Below, piece after piece: positions 1-8,640 of a DNA stretch of 45,974 nucleotides. The DNA comes from a virus (taxonomy: Duplodnaviria; Caudoviricetes), in the IMG/VR virus record IMGVR_UViG_3300013767_000066, positions 1-45,974 of that record; one strand, written 5' to 3'. The first letter of the stretch is position 1. Each line of letters begins with the position of its first letter. The translations under genes were made by a program, and so were the position numbers. The notes beneath the pieces are model-generated. The model was not told where the DNA came from. It saw only the letters and a program-made list of their open reading frames with translations, and ran no database searches.

Positions 1-109
1 CAAGAACCGGCAGGACTACTGCCTGAGATCAGCCATGCATTTCCCATGGAGACTCGAACAAAGAACTTCAGGGAAGTGAATGGAGTGCGGAATCGCGGCG
101 TCTTGATTT

Positions 110-126
110 TGGTCCCGCCGACAGGA
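110..126. repeat. att core, tRNA-distal copy (duplicated tRNA 3' end)
   Basis: TGGTCCCGCCGACAGGA is identical to 45848-45864; the match extends to 25 bp with 1 mismatch (102-126 vs 45840-45864). Confidence 0.96.
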
Positions 127-184
127 CCCATAAAAATACCTACGATCGTTAATACAAGCCAGTCTTGTAATTGTGAAGTATCTT

Positions 185-206
185 GGTGCCACGTCCAGTG
201 CCACGA
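185..206. promoter_or_regulatory. Putative integrase arm-type binding sites (GTGCCACG x2)
   Basis: GGTGCCACG 185-193 and AGTGCCACGA 197-206; the same motif recurs three times beside the other att site. Confidence 0.65.
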
Positions 207-513
207 AAATACTTCCATGCGATCTCTGCGCCGCGCGCTGCGCCACAACGGATACGTTGTAAAGACGAATTACAACCAATGTATTGTTCGGTGATGGCCC
301 AAAGAAAAGTGGGCGGATGCACGCCACCATACTGATTTTCTTCGCTCAGCGCGAATTTTGTGTTTGCAGAAGCCGCTCCCAGCAGAATCTTCTATCCCTC
401 ATTCGGGCGATGCGCAGATCACTTTCAAAAGGCATGATCTGCCTGCCGAGAGATCGGTGACATACCCAATTCGACTTGAGCCGCGTCCACCCCAGACGCG
501 GCATTTTTTTCGG

Positions 514-1644
514 CTATCCAACTGTAGCAACTGCGCCTGCGTTGCCCGCAATGACCCGTTGCGATCGGAGCGCGCCGCGCGCGCGAAATGGCGTCTCGAT
601 CAGGCGATAGCTCAACTCCGCCAACACCAACGTGAGCACCGCGCCGACCGCGGCAAATCGCACGGTGTATGACCCAGTGAACTCCACGCCTGGATAGATG
701 GCGCGCATCACTGGCCCTGTCAGCCAGAAGGCAAATGGGTGGATCAGGTAGATGGCGAACGACCGCTCGCCGATCCATGCTAGGCCACGGCGCAGCGGGC
801 CATCGGCCATGAAGTAGCCCTTGTCGTAGGAACAGATCCAGACGATGACAGCCGATACCACTGCGACCATGCCGAGGAAGAACGGAACGGGTTCGTAGCG
901 GGCCATCCCTACCAGGCAGGCCACCAGCAGCGGTGCGAGGATGAATCGGAGTCGTGAGGCAGTCAGACGTGGGTCGAAAATGCGGTAGCTGGAGGCGTCC
1001 GACCAGAGGGCCAGCAGCACGCCAAGCATCAGTGCGTCGGTCTTGATAGCGCCCAGGACATTCCCAAGCGGCCGGGGCAGGAAGACTTGCGCGAGCACGA
1101 TGGCAATCAGCGCCAAATGGACGCGCTTGCGGAATACCAGGAACAGGAAAGGCAGCAGCAGGTAGAACTGCTCCTCGAGCGACAGGCTCCAGTAGTGCCC
1201 AAAGCCGCCGCATGGGCCCTGCCCGGGCACCCACGCACATTCCCAACTGCGGATATTCGCAACGTGAACTACAGCCGCGACGGCGTCGGACAAGTGGACC
1301 GGATTGATCGTGCCGTAGTACGCGGTATATGAGACGAACGGGATGACGATCCAGACCCAGGCGGATGGCGTGATACGGTACAGCCTGCGCACCCAGAACG
1401 CTGCGACCTGGCGCCAGAAAGCGTCCCCGGTGGACGTGAGCAGCTGCCCGCGCAAGCTTTTGGTTATGACGTAGCCGGAGAGGCAAAGGAAGAGGTCGAC
1501 GCCGACGTAGAACCCCTTACCTATTACCCCCCAATCCGCGCCCCACGGGAACAGATTGACCAGGTGCGAGACTATGACGAGCGCAATAGCGATCGCTCGG
1601 ACGGCCTGCAGTTCTTCGTTCTTCTTGTGTCCAGCTTGTTCCAC
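514..1644 (-). CDS. Acyltransferase-3 family membrane O-acyltransferase (OafA/Oac-like), lysogenic conversion gene
   Basis: Motifs LQAVRAIAIALV, GVDLFLCLSGYVIT, FWVRRLYRI, HYWSLSLEEQFY, SFAIYLIH, SYRLIETP; many TM segments. GTG start at 1644 preferred (ORF track starts at 1767). Confidence 0.92.
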   Translation of the reverse strand: MEQAGHKKNEELQAVRAIAIALVIVSHLVNLFPWGADWGVIGKGFYVGVDLFLCLSGYVITKSLRGQLLTSTGDAFWRQVAAFWVRRLYRITPSAWVWIVIPFVSYTAYYGTINPVHLSDAVAAVVHVANIRSWECAWVPGQGPCGGFGHYWSLSLEEQFYLLLPFLFLVFRKRVHLALIAIVLAQVFLPRPLGNVLGAIKTDALMLGVLLALWSDASSYRIFDPRLTASRLRFILAPLLVACLVGMARYEPVPFFLGMVAVVSAVIVWICSYDKGYFMADGPLRRGLAWIGERSFAIYLIHPFAFWLTGPVMRAIYPGVEFTGSYTVRFAAVGAVLTLVLAELSYRLIETPFRARGALRSQRVIAGNAGAVATVG

Positions 1645-1673
1645 GTCGATGTCATTTCTGTAATTTTGCGTGG

Positions 1674-1701
1674 ATTCTACCGGACATCGATCAGAAGTGA
1701 A
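1674..1701 (-). promoter_or_regulatory. Candidate sigma70 promoter for the acyltransferase
   Basis: TTCACT-N16-TAGAAT on the minus strand, ~30 nt upstream of the GTG. Confidence 0.4.
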
Positions 1702-1809
1702 TTTCGGCGCCGCATTCCGCTTCGTAGCCTCCGTTACCGCCGTCTGCACCACAACCGATGGCGGCACAGCCAGCCAGCAATAGCGCCGCCGCGGCCAGCG
1801 CGCGCCGGA

Positions 1810-2064
1810 TCATTGGCACGCGGCAACGGCCGCTTTCAGGCGCGCCTCATAGCCAGCGCGCAGCGCCAGCTCAGCCAGCGCCGCCTTGAACCACTCGAAG
1901 TCGCTCGCAGTTTCCGGCACCTTGGCCAGCGGCCAGTCAGGCTCCGAGATCTCCGCCGTCGTGCACGGCACCGGCACGGGCACCTTCACCTCGACCGGCT
2001 TCTCGACCACCTGCGGCGCCGCGCAGCCTGCCAGCAGCAGGCACAGGATCATGACGCGGTTCAT
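1810..2064 (-). CDS. o-spanin (Rz1-like lipoprotein)
   Basis: Lipobox LAGC, Pro-rich VEVKVPVPVPC, terminal Cys; ATGA overlap with the upstream i-spanin. Confidence 0.8.
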   Translation of the reverse strand: MNRVMILCLLLAGCAAPQVVEKPVEVKVPVPVPCTTAEISEPDWPLAKVPETASDFEWFKAALAELALRAGYEARLKAAVAACQ

Positions 2065-2486
2065 GGGCGCTCCTTCGCGAAGGTCATGCGCAGGCCGTGC
2101 AGCGACGCGCACTGGTCGGGGCCGGCGGATTGCGCTTGAATCCTGCCGGCCAGCAGGGTGTACTTGGATTGCGCTGCCTGCGCGTCGGCATCTGCCTTGG
2201 CCGCTTGGTACTGCCGAAGCTTGGCCTGCGCCTGTAGGTCAGCCACCGCCGCGTTCTGCGTGCCGAGCATTCCAGTCAACTCGCGGTTGTCCGCCTGCGC
2301 CTTGCCGAGGGCGGTTTGAGCCTGCGACAGCTCTGCGCGCGTAGTATCGCGCTCGTGCCTGTAGGTCAGCACCGCACCACCGGACAGCGCCAGGATGACC
2401 AGCACTGCTGCAACGAAAATACGCTCCGGCGTGGCGAAGATGGCCTTCAGTGCGGCCCCAACCGCCTCAAGAATGGTCGTCAGCAT
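2061..2486 (-). CDS. i-spanin (Rz-like)
   Basis: N-terminal TM helix, Ala/Gln coiled coil, C-terminal Cys; lies in the lysis cassette. Confidence 0.78.
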   Translation of the reverse strand: MLTTILEAVGAALKAIFATPERIFVAAVLVILALSGGAVLTYRHERDTTRAELSQAQTALGKAQADNRELTGMLGTQNAAVADLQAQAKLRQYQAAKADADAQAAQSKYTLLAGRIQAQSAGPDQCASLHGLRMTFAKERP

Positions 2487-2964
2487 GGTGAATCACCTCC
2501 GTCGGGCTGAAGCGGTAGCCTTCCTTGCCATACTTCTGGGCGATCCAGAGCGGGAAAGGCATGTCGTGGATTCCGGCGTCCTTGCCGGTGTGGTGGGTCT
2601 TGCAGAGCAACAGCCCGTTCACCGTCATGTCATCCACGAAGGCGTACGGGTCGGCCGGGTCGAAGGCATCCCAGTTGAATGCCGCGGCGTGCGGGCCCAG
2701 CGCGCCGGACTTGGCGAACTCGGCCACGCTGGCCCAGTCGATCATATTGGCCAGCGACCGCTCGATCGGGTGGTGGTGCGCCTCGAGCGGATGGCCGCTC
2801 TCCTCCGCCGTGCAACCGCATATCCAGCAGCGGCCGCCCTCGCGCGCAATCAAGGCCTTCTTGGAATGCAAGAACAACGGCGTAGTAGTGCGCGCTTCGT
2901 GGCCAGGGAGCAGCACGTCGACGGCCAGCGTCTCTTTCTCTTCGTGGGTATCGGTGACGGCCAT
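2467..2964 (-). CDS. HNH-like / metal-binding phage protein
   Basis: RCWICG...LEAHHHP...LLLCKTHH...IH pattern; GGAGG SD before ATG 2964. Confidence 0.6.
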   Translation of the reverse strand: MAVTDTHEEKETLAVDVLLPGHEARTTTPLFLHSKKALIAREGGRCWICGCTAEESGHPLEAHHHPIERSLANMIDWASVAEFAKSGALGPHAAAFNWDAFDPADPYAFVDDMTVNGLLLCKTHHTGKDAGIHDMPFPLWIAQKYGKEGYRFSPTEVIHHADDHS

Positions 2965-2982
2965 GTGGGCCTCCAGATAAGC

Positions 2983-3006
2983 AAAAGCCCCGCACGCGGC
3001 GGGGCT
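2983..3006 (-). terminator. Hairpin / weak intrinsic terminator
   Basis: AGCCCCGC-N5-GCGGGGCT with a short T run on the minus strand. Confidence 0.5.
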
Positions 3007-3025
3007 CAGACGGGGGTGGGTAAAT

Positions 3026-3409
3026 TCAGTCGATGTCAGGTAGGTCGACGGTCTGGCCCGCGAGGGCATGCGTGCAGTCGCCTAGAAAAACGATTTGCCC
3101 GGGCTGCGCGCCGTTGCACCCGACGAACGAATGGCAGACGTGCTTCCTGGGTGGCACCCCTTCGCGCTGCCACTCGTCCCAGCTGGACAGCACGCTCGGA
3201 GTGAAGACCGGCTTCTCCATGTCGCCGTTGAATCCCCAGCGCGGCTTGCCCGCGTTGTGGGGCGACTCTTCGGTCTCGCCAGGCGGTAGCCAGTTAACAG
3301 GCAGGATGTGGACGCCAGACCCACGTGTGCCTGCGTCGCAGCCAGGGCAGATCCACTTGATTCCGTAGAACAGCCCCTCGTTGTCCCGAACGATCTTTGC
3401 TTTGCTCAT
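3026..3409 (-). CDS. DUF6527-like protein
   Basis: CPGC...H, WGFNGDMEKPVFTPSVL, CHSFV, FLGDCTHALAGQTVDLP; ATGA overlap with the endolysin stop. Confidence 0.7.
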   Translation of the reverse strand: MSKAKIVRDNEGLFYGIKWICPGCDAGTRGSGVHILPVNWLPPGETEESPHNAGKPRWGFNGDMEKPVFTPSVLSSWDEWQREGVPPRKHVCHSFVGCNGAQPGQIVFLGDCTHALAGQTVDLPDID

Positions 3410-3957
3410 GAATTCACTCCCAGTACTGTCTTTGCCTTTGCCCACAAGGCGCGGCGGCCGGCTATGCCATTTGTGCCGCCGTTGATGGCGTGCGTCAGCC
3501 CGACGAAGTCGCCGGCGTCGGCGAACTTGTTCAGGCCGTGGACGTGCCAATACCAGCCGGCGGATGCGGCGGCGTACTCCGGCTGCTCGAGCAGTTCGGG
3601 ATGTGTGATCAGGTCCAAGTGCAGGCCGAATCCGCACAGCACATAGTTCTTCCGGCCGGTGACTTGGATCAGGCCTCGGCCCATGAAGCGCTTACCGTCG
3701 CCCGCCTCGGTGTTGCCGAGATCCTCTCTGCCCTCGTACCGGCGCTGTGCCGGTGTCGGGCCCCAGATCTCGCGCAGCAGGCGCAACTGCCCGGACTCGT
3801 GGCCAGTTTGGGCAAGGAACGCGGCCGCGCGCGTCGGCGTGTTGATCTCGAACTGCAGCATTGCGGCGGCCAGCGGCGGCGCGAATAAGTCCGCCCGCGC
3901 CCCGGCCAGCGGCAGAATCGCGCGCAACTGGGCAGCTGTTACGAGAGAGTCAGCCAT
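3406..3957 (-). CDS. Endolysin, glycoside hydrolase family 19
   Basis: AAFLAQTGHESG, GRGLIQVTGRKNY, INGGTNG motifs. Confidence 0.93.
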   Translation of the reverse strand: MADSLVTAAQLRAILPLAGARADLFAPPLAAAMLQFEINTPTRAAAFLAQTGHESGQLRLLREIWGPTPAQRRYEGREDLGNTEAGDGKRFMGRGLIQVTGRKNYVLCGFGLHLDLITHPELLEQPEYAAASAGWYWHVHGLNKFADAGDFVGLTHAINGGTNGIAGRRALWAKAKTVLGVNS

Positions 3958-4396
3958 TCTTCGCCCCCGCCACCGCATCGCGCGCATCCTGAACAATCTC
4001 GGCGATGTCCTTGTCACGTCGTTTATCGAACCAGCGCAGCACCGCGCCGAGAACCCACCACGCCGGCAGCCCGGCGATCACCAGTAACGGCGCGCCGGCG
4101 TAAAGCAACCCGAACTCCGGCTTGACGCCAGAGGCCTCAGCCAGCGCGCGCGCCGATGTGAAGACGTCCGGGTATCGCGAATAAACAAAGGCAACCAGAG
4201 GCGGCCCGAAGACGATCGAGGCAATGATTGACGACGCGAGCCTGGCAAAGCCCTCCCTTGCAGTCTTCGGCCATAGGACGAGAAATCCCAGCGCCGCAGC
4301 AACCGCGCCGGCACCGAGCTGCAGGCCGAAATACTTCGCGATAGCTGAGCCAGCTGCTACTCCTGCAGCGCTGCCGCTAATTGGTTCTGCTGCCAT
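3950..4396 (-). CDS. Holin-like membrane protein
   Basis: Three hydrophobic segments, charged C-terminus, overlaps the endolysin start. Confidence 0.72.
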   Translation of the reverse strand: MAAEPISGSAAGVAAGSAIAKYFGLQLGAGAVAAALGFLVLWPKTAREGFARLASSIIASIVFGPPLVAFVYSRYPDVFTSARALAEASGVKPEFGLLYAGAPLLVIAGLPAWWVLGAVLRWFDKRRDKDIAEIVQDARDAVAGAKNG

Positions 4397-4416
4397 GTGG
4401 TGACCCCGGATGTGAG

Positions 4417-4437
4417 AAAGCCCGCTCATGGCGGGCT
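4417..4437 (-). terminator. Hairpin / weak terminator upstream of holin
   Basis: AGCCCGC-N5-GCGGGCT followed by TT on the minus strand. Confidence 0.45.
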
Positions 4438-4458
4438 GATGTTGTCGTGATTGGGCGC

Positions 4459-4974
4459 TTACCAGGCGATGGCCTGCACTGCTGACGCACTCGTTGCAGC
4501 GTTGATCTGGGATACCAAACCGGCGTATTTCTGCTGCGCCGCCACGCGGAACGCAAGCCAGTCGGCATTGACCTGTTGAACCTGTGCGGCACTGTGTGAT
4601 GTCAGCGACCACACGCCGGCGTTAGCGCACCAGATCGGTGTCGCCCACGTTGCGGCCGCGCCTACGGAGGCGGATACCGCGCTTTGCAGGTTGCGCTGGT
4701 CAGTATCTTGAGATGGATAACCTCGCAAGGAGCCAAGAGCGGAAGACGTGAAGCCTCCAACAATCTGCGCTTCGCACGAGGCTTTAATGAGAGCGATTTG
4801 CGCTACTTTGGCCCCATCAAGGGTCGATGTTGGATTGATGAACGCCAGCAACCTAGCGTCACTGACGTCAACGACCCCTTGATTTGGAAACGTAGCTGGG
4901 TCTTGCGGCCCACCGAAACACGAGACGATTGCCGTTTCTGCGGAATCTGAGAACTGAACGCAATGAGTGCCCAT
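4459..4974 (-). CDS. Tail fibre assembly protein (DUF4376-like)
   Basis: Follows the tail fibre; GGFTSSALG, DQRNL, HSAAQVQQV and terminal INAATSASAVQAIAW. Confidence 0.72.
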   Translation of the reverse strand: MGTHCVQFSDSAETAIVSCFGGPQDPATFPNQGVVDVSDARLLAFINPTSTLDGAKVAQIALIKASCEAQIVGGFTSSALGSLRGYPSQDTDQRNLQSAVSASVGAAATWATPIWCANAGVWSLTSHSAAQVQQVNADWLAFRVAAQQKYAGLVSQINAATSASAVQAIAW

Positions 4975-4989
4975 TTGAATCCTCGAAGA

Positions 4990-6378
4990 TTAGAACTCGT
5001 ACCCGGTAATAGTGATCGTGTACGACATGGTTCCGAGCGACGACGCTGCCGAATAGAAGATCGTCTGCGGAGTCGCAATCGGCAGCCCGCTGAAGCTCAT
5101 TGCAGTCGCGCCACCGGTGTTCACGTTGTTGGACGCGTTGTAGGCTGTCGTGCCCACCCCCGAGCCGCCGGACGTGGCGCCTGTAACAGCCGACACCAGA
5201 CCGGATTGAGCAGTCGTCGAGCCGATGCTGTGAATGCCTTGAACCTTCCTGGCATTCGGCGGCACAGCACTCGCAATGTTCAGACTCGTCAGGCTGGCTG
5301 ACTGTGTCGACGTTGATAGGACTTGGACACCGAGCGTGCCAATAAGGCGATCAATCTGCAGGCCCGGCGCAAACTGACTGCTACCGTTCGTCGGCCACAC
5401 GCTGACAAGAGCAGACGCCGTATAACCGCTGGGCATGTTGGCGCCGCCATAGATACTGGGTGCAGCGGAACTCGTCGCATTCGTCGCTAGCAACGCGCTC
5501 GTGCCTGTCGTCGGGTTGTAGATCGCATACAGCGCGACATAACCGCTGACCGGCGCCGATCCAGTGTCCATCCCACCGGCACCCGTCGTGCCGAGATTGA
5601 CTGCACTGCTGAAGTTGGCAAGGCAATATCGAATGCCACCGAGTGCAGTCTCGACGACGATTTCGTCCGCCGTGAGAGTTGCCGACGCGCTCGCCGCGGC
5701 GACGCTCATCTTCAGGTTACGAGCCGATCCGACAATACCGGTCACCTGCCACATTTGCGGCGCATGCTTGCTCTGAGTAGCTGGCGCGACCTGCTGGGCA
5801 CCACCCGAACACTCTGTCAGCATCCAAGCACCGTTCCCGCCGTTGACCGTCGAGGCAACGACGTACAGCAGGCATGCCACGCCCTTTTGGACCAGCTCGC
5901 CGCCCTGCAGCGGTTGAAGGCCGAGCCCGAGGATCGGCTTCGTACCAAGTCCGTCCACGTTGAGCGTGGATGCCCCGGTGTTCGTATTGGCGATCGACAC
6001 GTCCAACGTGAGGCCTGAACCCGTCGGATAGGCGGTAAAGGCAGCAAGGTTCGCCACCACGTAGTTGTTCGCCGTGCCGGTGTCGGCTAGAACCGGGTTC
6101 TGACGAGCGATCACCGAGATCGCAGTGGTCAAGTTGGCCAGCAGATTCGCGGTTGTGCCATCGTCGACAGCTGGCTGGCCGGCGTTGTTGTTGATCATCA
6201 GCGCCAAGACGGCCGACATGATGCTCGACTGACGCCAGGTCTTATTGAGCGCCGCCGAGGACGCCACACCTGACTGATAGCCAGTCGAAACTGCGGCGAG
6301 AGCGGCATACGCAGATTGCGAGAGCACGTTGGCGCCGCCGCCCGTGGCGAACGGCAGAAAGTCGTTTTGCAGGGCCAA
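4990..6378 (-). CDS. Tail fibre protein
   Basis: N-terminus NDFLPFATGGGANVLSQ...SAALNKTWRQ is typical of baseplate-anchored fibres; Ser/Thr/Gly/Ala rich; TTG start with GGAG SD. Confidence 0.85.
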   Translation of the reverse strand: MALQNDFLPFATGGGANVLSQSAYAALAAVSTGYQSGVASSAALNKTWRQSSIMSAVLALMINNNAGQPAVDDGTTANLLANLTTAISVIARQNPVLADTGTANNYVVANLAAFTAYPTGSGLTLDVSIANTNTGASTLNVDGLGTKPILGLGLQPLQGGELVQKGVACLLYVVASTVNGGNGAWMLTECSGGAQQVAPATQSKHAPQMWQVTGIVGSARNLKMSVAAASASATLTADEIVVETALGGIRYCLANFSSAVNLGTTGAGGMDTGSAPVSGYVALYAIYNPTTGTSALLATNATSSAAPSIYGGANMPSGYTASALVSVWPTNGSSQFAPGLQIDRLIGTLGVQVLSTSTQSASLTSLNIASAVPPNARKVQGIHSIGSTTAQSGLVSAVTGATSGGSGVGTTAYNASNNVNTGGATAMSFSGLPIATPQTIFYSAASSLGTMSYTITITGYEF

Positions 6379-6395
6379 TTGGGGCTCCAGAAATG

Positions 6396-6416
6396 AAAAA
6401 GCCGCCCGAGGGCGGC
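6396..6416 (-). terminator. Intrinsic terminator
   Basis: GCCGCC-CTCG-GGCGGC-TTTTT on the minus strand. Confidence 0.7.
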
Positions 6417-6436
6417 CTGTGGTGAAGCAATGAAGG

Positions 6437-7096
6437 TCAGGCGGCTACCGCCCACGAACCGGAATCGAGCCCACCGATGTACTGGTTCTGCACGTCGAAG
6501 CCGAAGAGCGGCGTGTTATTGGCCGACGGCACGACATAGTTCGCGTGTACCCCTTCCGGCTTAAGCGGCAGGTAGCCGCCGGAAAACAGCGCCCGCAACA
6601 GCGCGCTCGGGATCGCACCCGATACGCCCACTGTCATCGTCATGTCCTGGTTGTCCTGGATGAAGATGTAGCTGGCCGTCCCGACGAACAGATTTGCGTA
6701 CGCACCTGCCGCACCAGGCACCGTCCCATCCCAACTGTTCGCGGCGATCTTCGCGCGAATGAGCGTGCGGAACGTCTCGTCGTCGAGCGATGTGAGGCCG
6801 GTGCTGGGGTCATACGGCCCCTGCCAGTTACCCTGATCAAAGCCGAGGCCGGCGACGTCGAGCGAGAAGTAGACGTTCAGCGGAGTCCTCACCTGGCGCC
6901 TGATACCTGCCCAGAGACCCACGGCGTCGAGTTGCACGCCGACTGCGTTGTCCAGGTCGAACGCAGCCGGGATCGATTGCAGGACGTTGATCTGGTCGGC
7001 GAAGCACTGCGCCACAGCCGCCATCATTGCCGTGAACTTTGGCTTGTCCGCATGCTCGGTGGTGACGAGCGAGGTGTAATCGGATGCCTGCGCCAT
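6437..7096 (-). CDS. Baseplate wedge protein (DUF2612-like)
   Basis: FDLDNAVGVQLDAVG, LIRAKIAANSWDG, IQDNQDMTM. Confidence 0.85.
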   Translation of the reverse strand: MAQASDYTSLVTTEHADKPKFTAMMAAVAQCFADQINVLQSIPAAFDLDNAVGVQLDAVGLWAGIRRQVRTPLNVYFSLDVAGLGFDQGNWQGPYDPSTGLTSLDDETFRTLIRAKIAANSWDGTVPGAAGAYANLFVGTASYIFIQDNQDMTMTVGVSGAIPSALLRALFSGGYLPLKPEGVHANYVVPSANNTPLFGFDVQNQYIGGLDSGSWAVAA

Positions 7097-7097
7097 G

Positions 7098-8282
7098 TCA
7101 ACTCACCGTTATCGTCACGCTCGCTGGCGTCGCTTGGCCGGCGTGGTTGAAAGCCAGCAGCACGTCCGGCGCGCCGGCGCCGCCCGGCCCGCTCAGCACC
7201 AGCGACGTGATCCGGAAGGTGTTGCTCCCAGGCACAGACTTTGCCGCGGTCAGCGCGCTATCCCATTCGATGTAGCCGCTTGGTGCGCCACCAATCACAA
7301 CCGCATTGATATACGCTGCCACTGCCGCTTGAATCGCCGCGCCGATGGTCGACGTATAGCCGGCGAGCGCCTTCAGCGCGATCGCACAAGTGATTGCATC
7401 GTAGGTCGGACGGTAGAAGCTGATCGGGTGCGCGATGCCATAGGCATCGGTGACCTGAACCGTTGTGGTTCCGTAGCTTCCCGTGCCTGGGGTCTTCTTC
7501 GCTGCGATGGCTTGGGCGATTGCCGTGGCGTCGCCACCTTCCACCACCAGATATATCTTGTTGCCCGGAATGCCATTGGCATCCACAGCGCTCGTGTCGT
7601 TCTCGTACGGCGTCACCCGCGTAACGCCGGGCACCGCCCACACCGCGCCGACGGTTCCTTCCAGCACCGTGCGCGACGGCAACGCCGTCGACGTGGCCTG
7701 TCGAGCCTTCAGCTGCGAGTCGGTCTCGACGGGGGCGCCCGGGCTCGCGGCGAACGCGTTTGTCACTGACTGCCAACCGAGAGTCGGCGTCGCGATCTGG
7801 TTGACCGCGCCGATACCGGCCTGCACTGCGCCTGCCGTCTGACACGTCGCCGTGACGGTGATCGTCCCGCTGGGCGGGATTGTGACCGTCGCAGGGAGCG
7901 CCCACTTGTTGCTGTTGGCGTCCTGCGTCAGGCCGTTGGTGATCACGGTTCCCGTCACGCCGACGATGATCTGGTCGACCGTCGAGTTGCTCGGCGTGTT
8001 GCGCTTCAGGCCATTGATCTTGACCACGCTTGACAGATTGGCGCCCTGTGCCGAGCCCGGCGAAAACCCGTTGTAGGTCGCGATGATCGCGGCGTTCAAG
8101 TCATTGATCGGCGTTGCGATGCCGGCGGACAGAAACTGGTAGTCCTGCGAGTCGTTGCCCAGATAGACGTCCGACCCATAGATGCCCTGGTACTTCCCGA
8201 TGATGTATGCGAGGACGTCCGAGAACGCCGGTGCGCTGATCCCGGCCGCACTGATGACCGGGGCGACGGAAGTGATGGTCAT
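7098..8282 (-). CDS. Baseplate J / Mu gp47-like protein
   Basis: SAQGANLS, ETDSQLKARQ, YENDT, VVEGGD motifs; synteny. Confidence 0.88.
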   Translation of the reverse strand: MTITSVAPVISAAGISAPAFSDVLAYIIGKYQGIYGSDVYLGNDSQDYQFLSAGIATPINDLNAAIIATYNGFSPGSAQGANLSSVVKINGLKRNTPSNSTVDQIIVGVTGTVITNGLTQDANSNKWALPATVTIPPSGTITVTATCQTAGAVQAGIGAVNQIATPTLGWQSVTNAFAASPGAPVETDSQLKARQATSTALPSRTVLEGTVGAVWAVPGVTRVTPYENDTSAVDANGIPGNKIYLVVEGGDATAIAQAIAAKKTPGTGSYGTTTVQVTDAYGIAHPISFYRPTYDAITCAIALKALAGYTSTIGAAIQAAVAAYINAVVIGGAPSGYIEWDSALTAAKSVPGSNTFRITSLVLSGPGGAGAPDVLLAFNHAGQATPASVTITVS

Positions 8283-8632
8283 ATCGTGGTCGTGAAGGTG
8301 GTTTGGCCGTACTGCGTATTGATCGTTACCGTGACGGTCAGCTTCCGGATGGACGTGTCCAGGGTGCTCGAGTAGTCCACGATCTCAGTCACGCCGGGCG
8401 TGCCCAAGATGCAATCGCGGATCGCGGCGTCGTACTGGTCCTGCGTGTACTTGCCGAGGACCTCGGTATTCCATGGCATGCCATCCGTGACATCGAGGAA
8501 CCACTCGCCGAGCGTGAGGCCCAGCCGGGTCTGCACCGCTTGGGAAACGGCCTCGGCCTGGTCCCGATAGAAGTCGCCCTGCTGGTGCCCCCAGACGTAG
8601 TCGCCGTTGGCGTCGAGTTTTCGGTACCGCAT
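8279..8632 (-). CDS. Baseplate wedge / sheath initiator (gp25/gp46-like)
   Basis: MRYRKLDANGDY, AVQTRLGLTLGEWFLD, INTQYG. Confidence 0.8.
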   Translation of the reverse strand: MRYRKLDANGDYVWGHQQGDFYRDQAEAVSQAVQTRLGLTLGEWFLDVTDGMPWNTEVLGKYTQDQYDAAIRDCILGTPGVTEIVDYSSTLDTSIRKLTVTVTINTQYGQTTFTTTI

Positions 8633-8640
8633 GCGAATCC

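Noticed and set aside
46-294. 82-aa ORF at the left end
   Set aside because: Spans the att core and arm sites, with no recognisable motif
4990-6378. Tail fibre diversification (DGR or invertible cassette)
   Set aside because: No reverse transcriptase, invertase or duplicated fibre 3' segment seen
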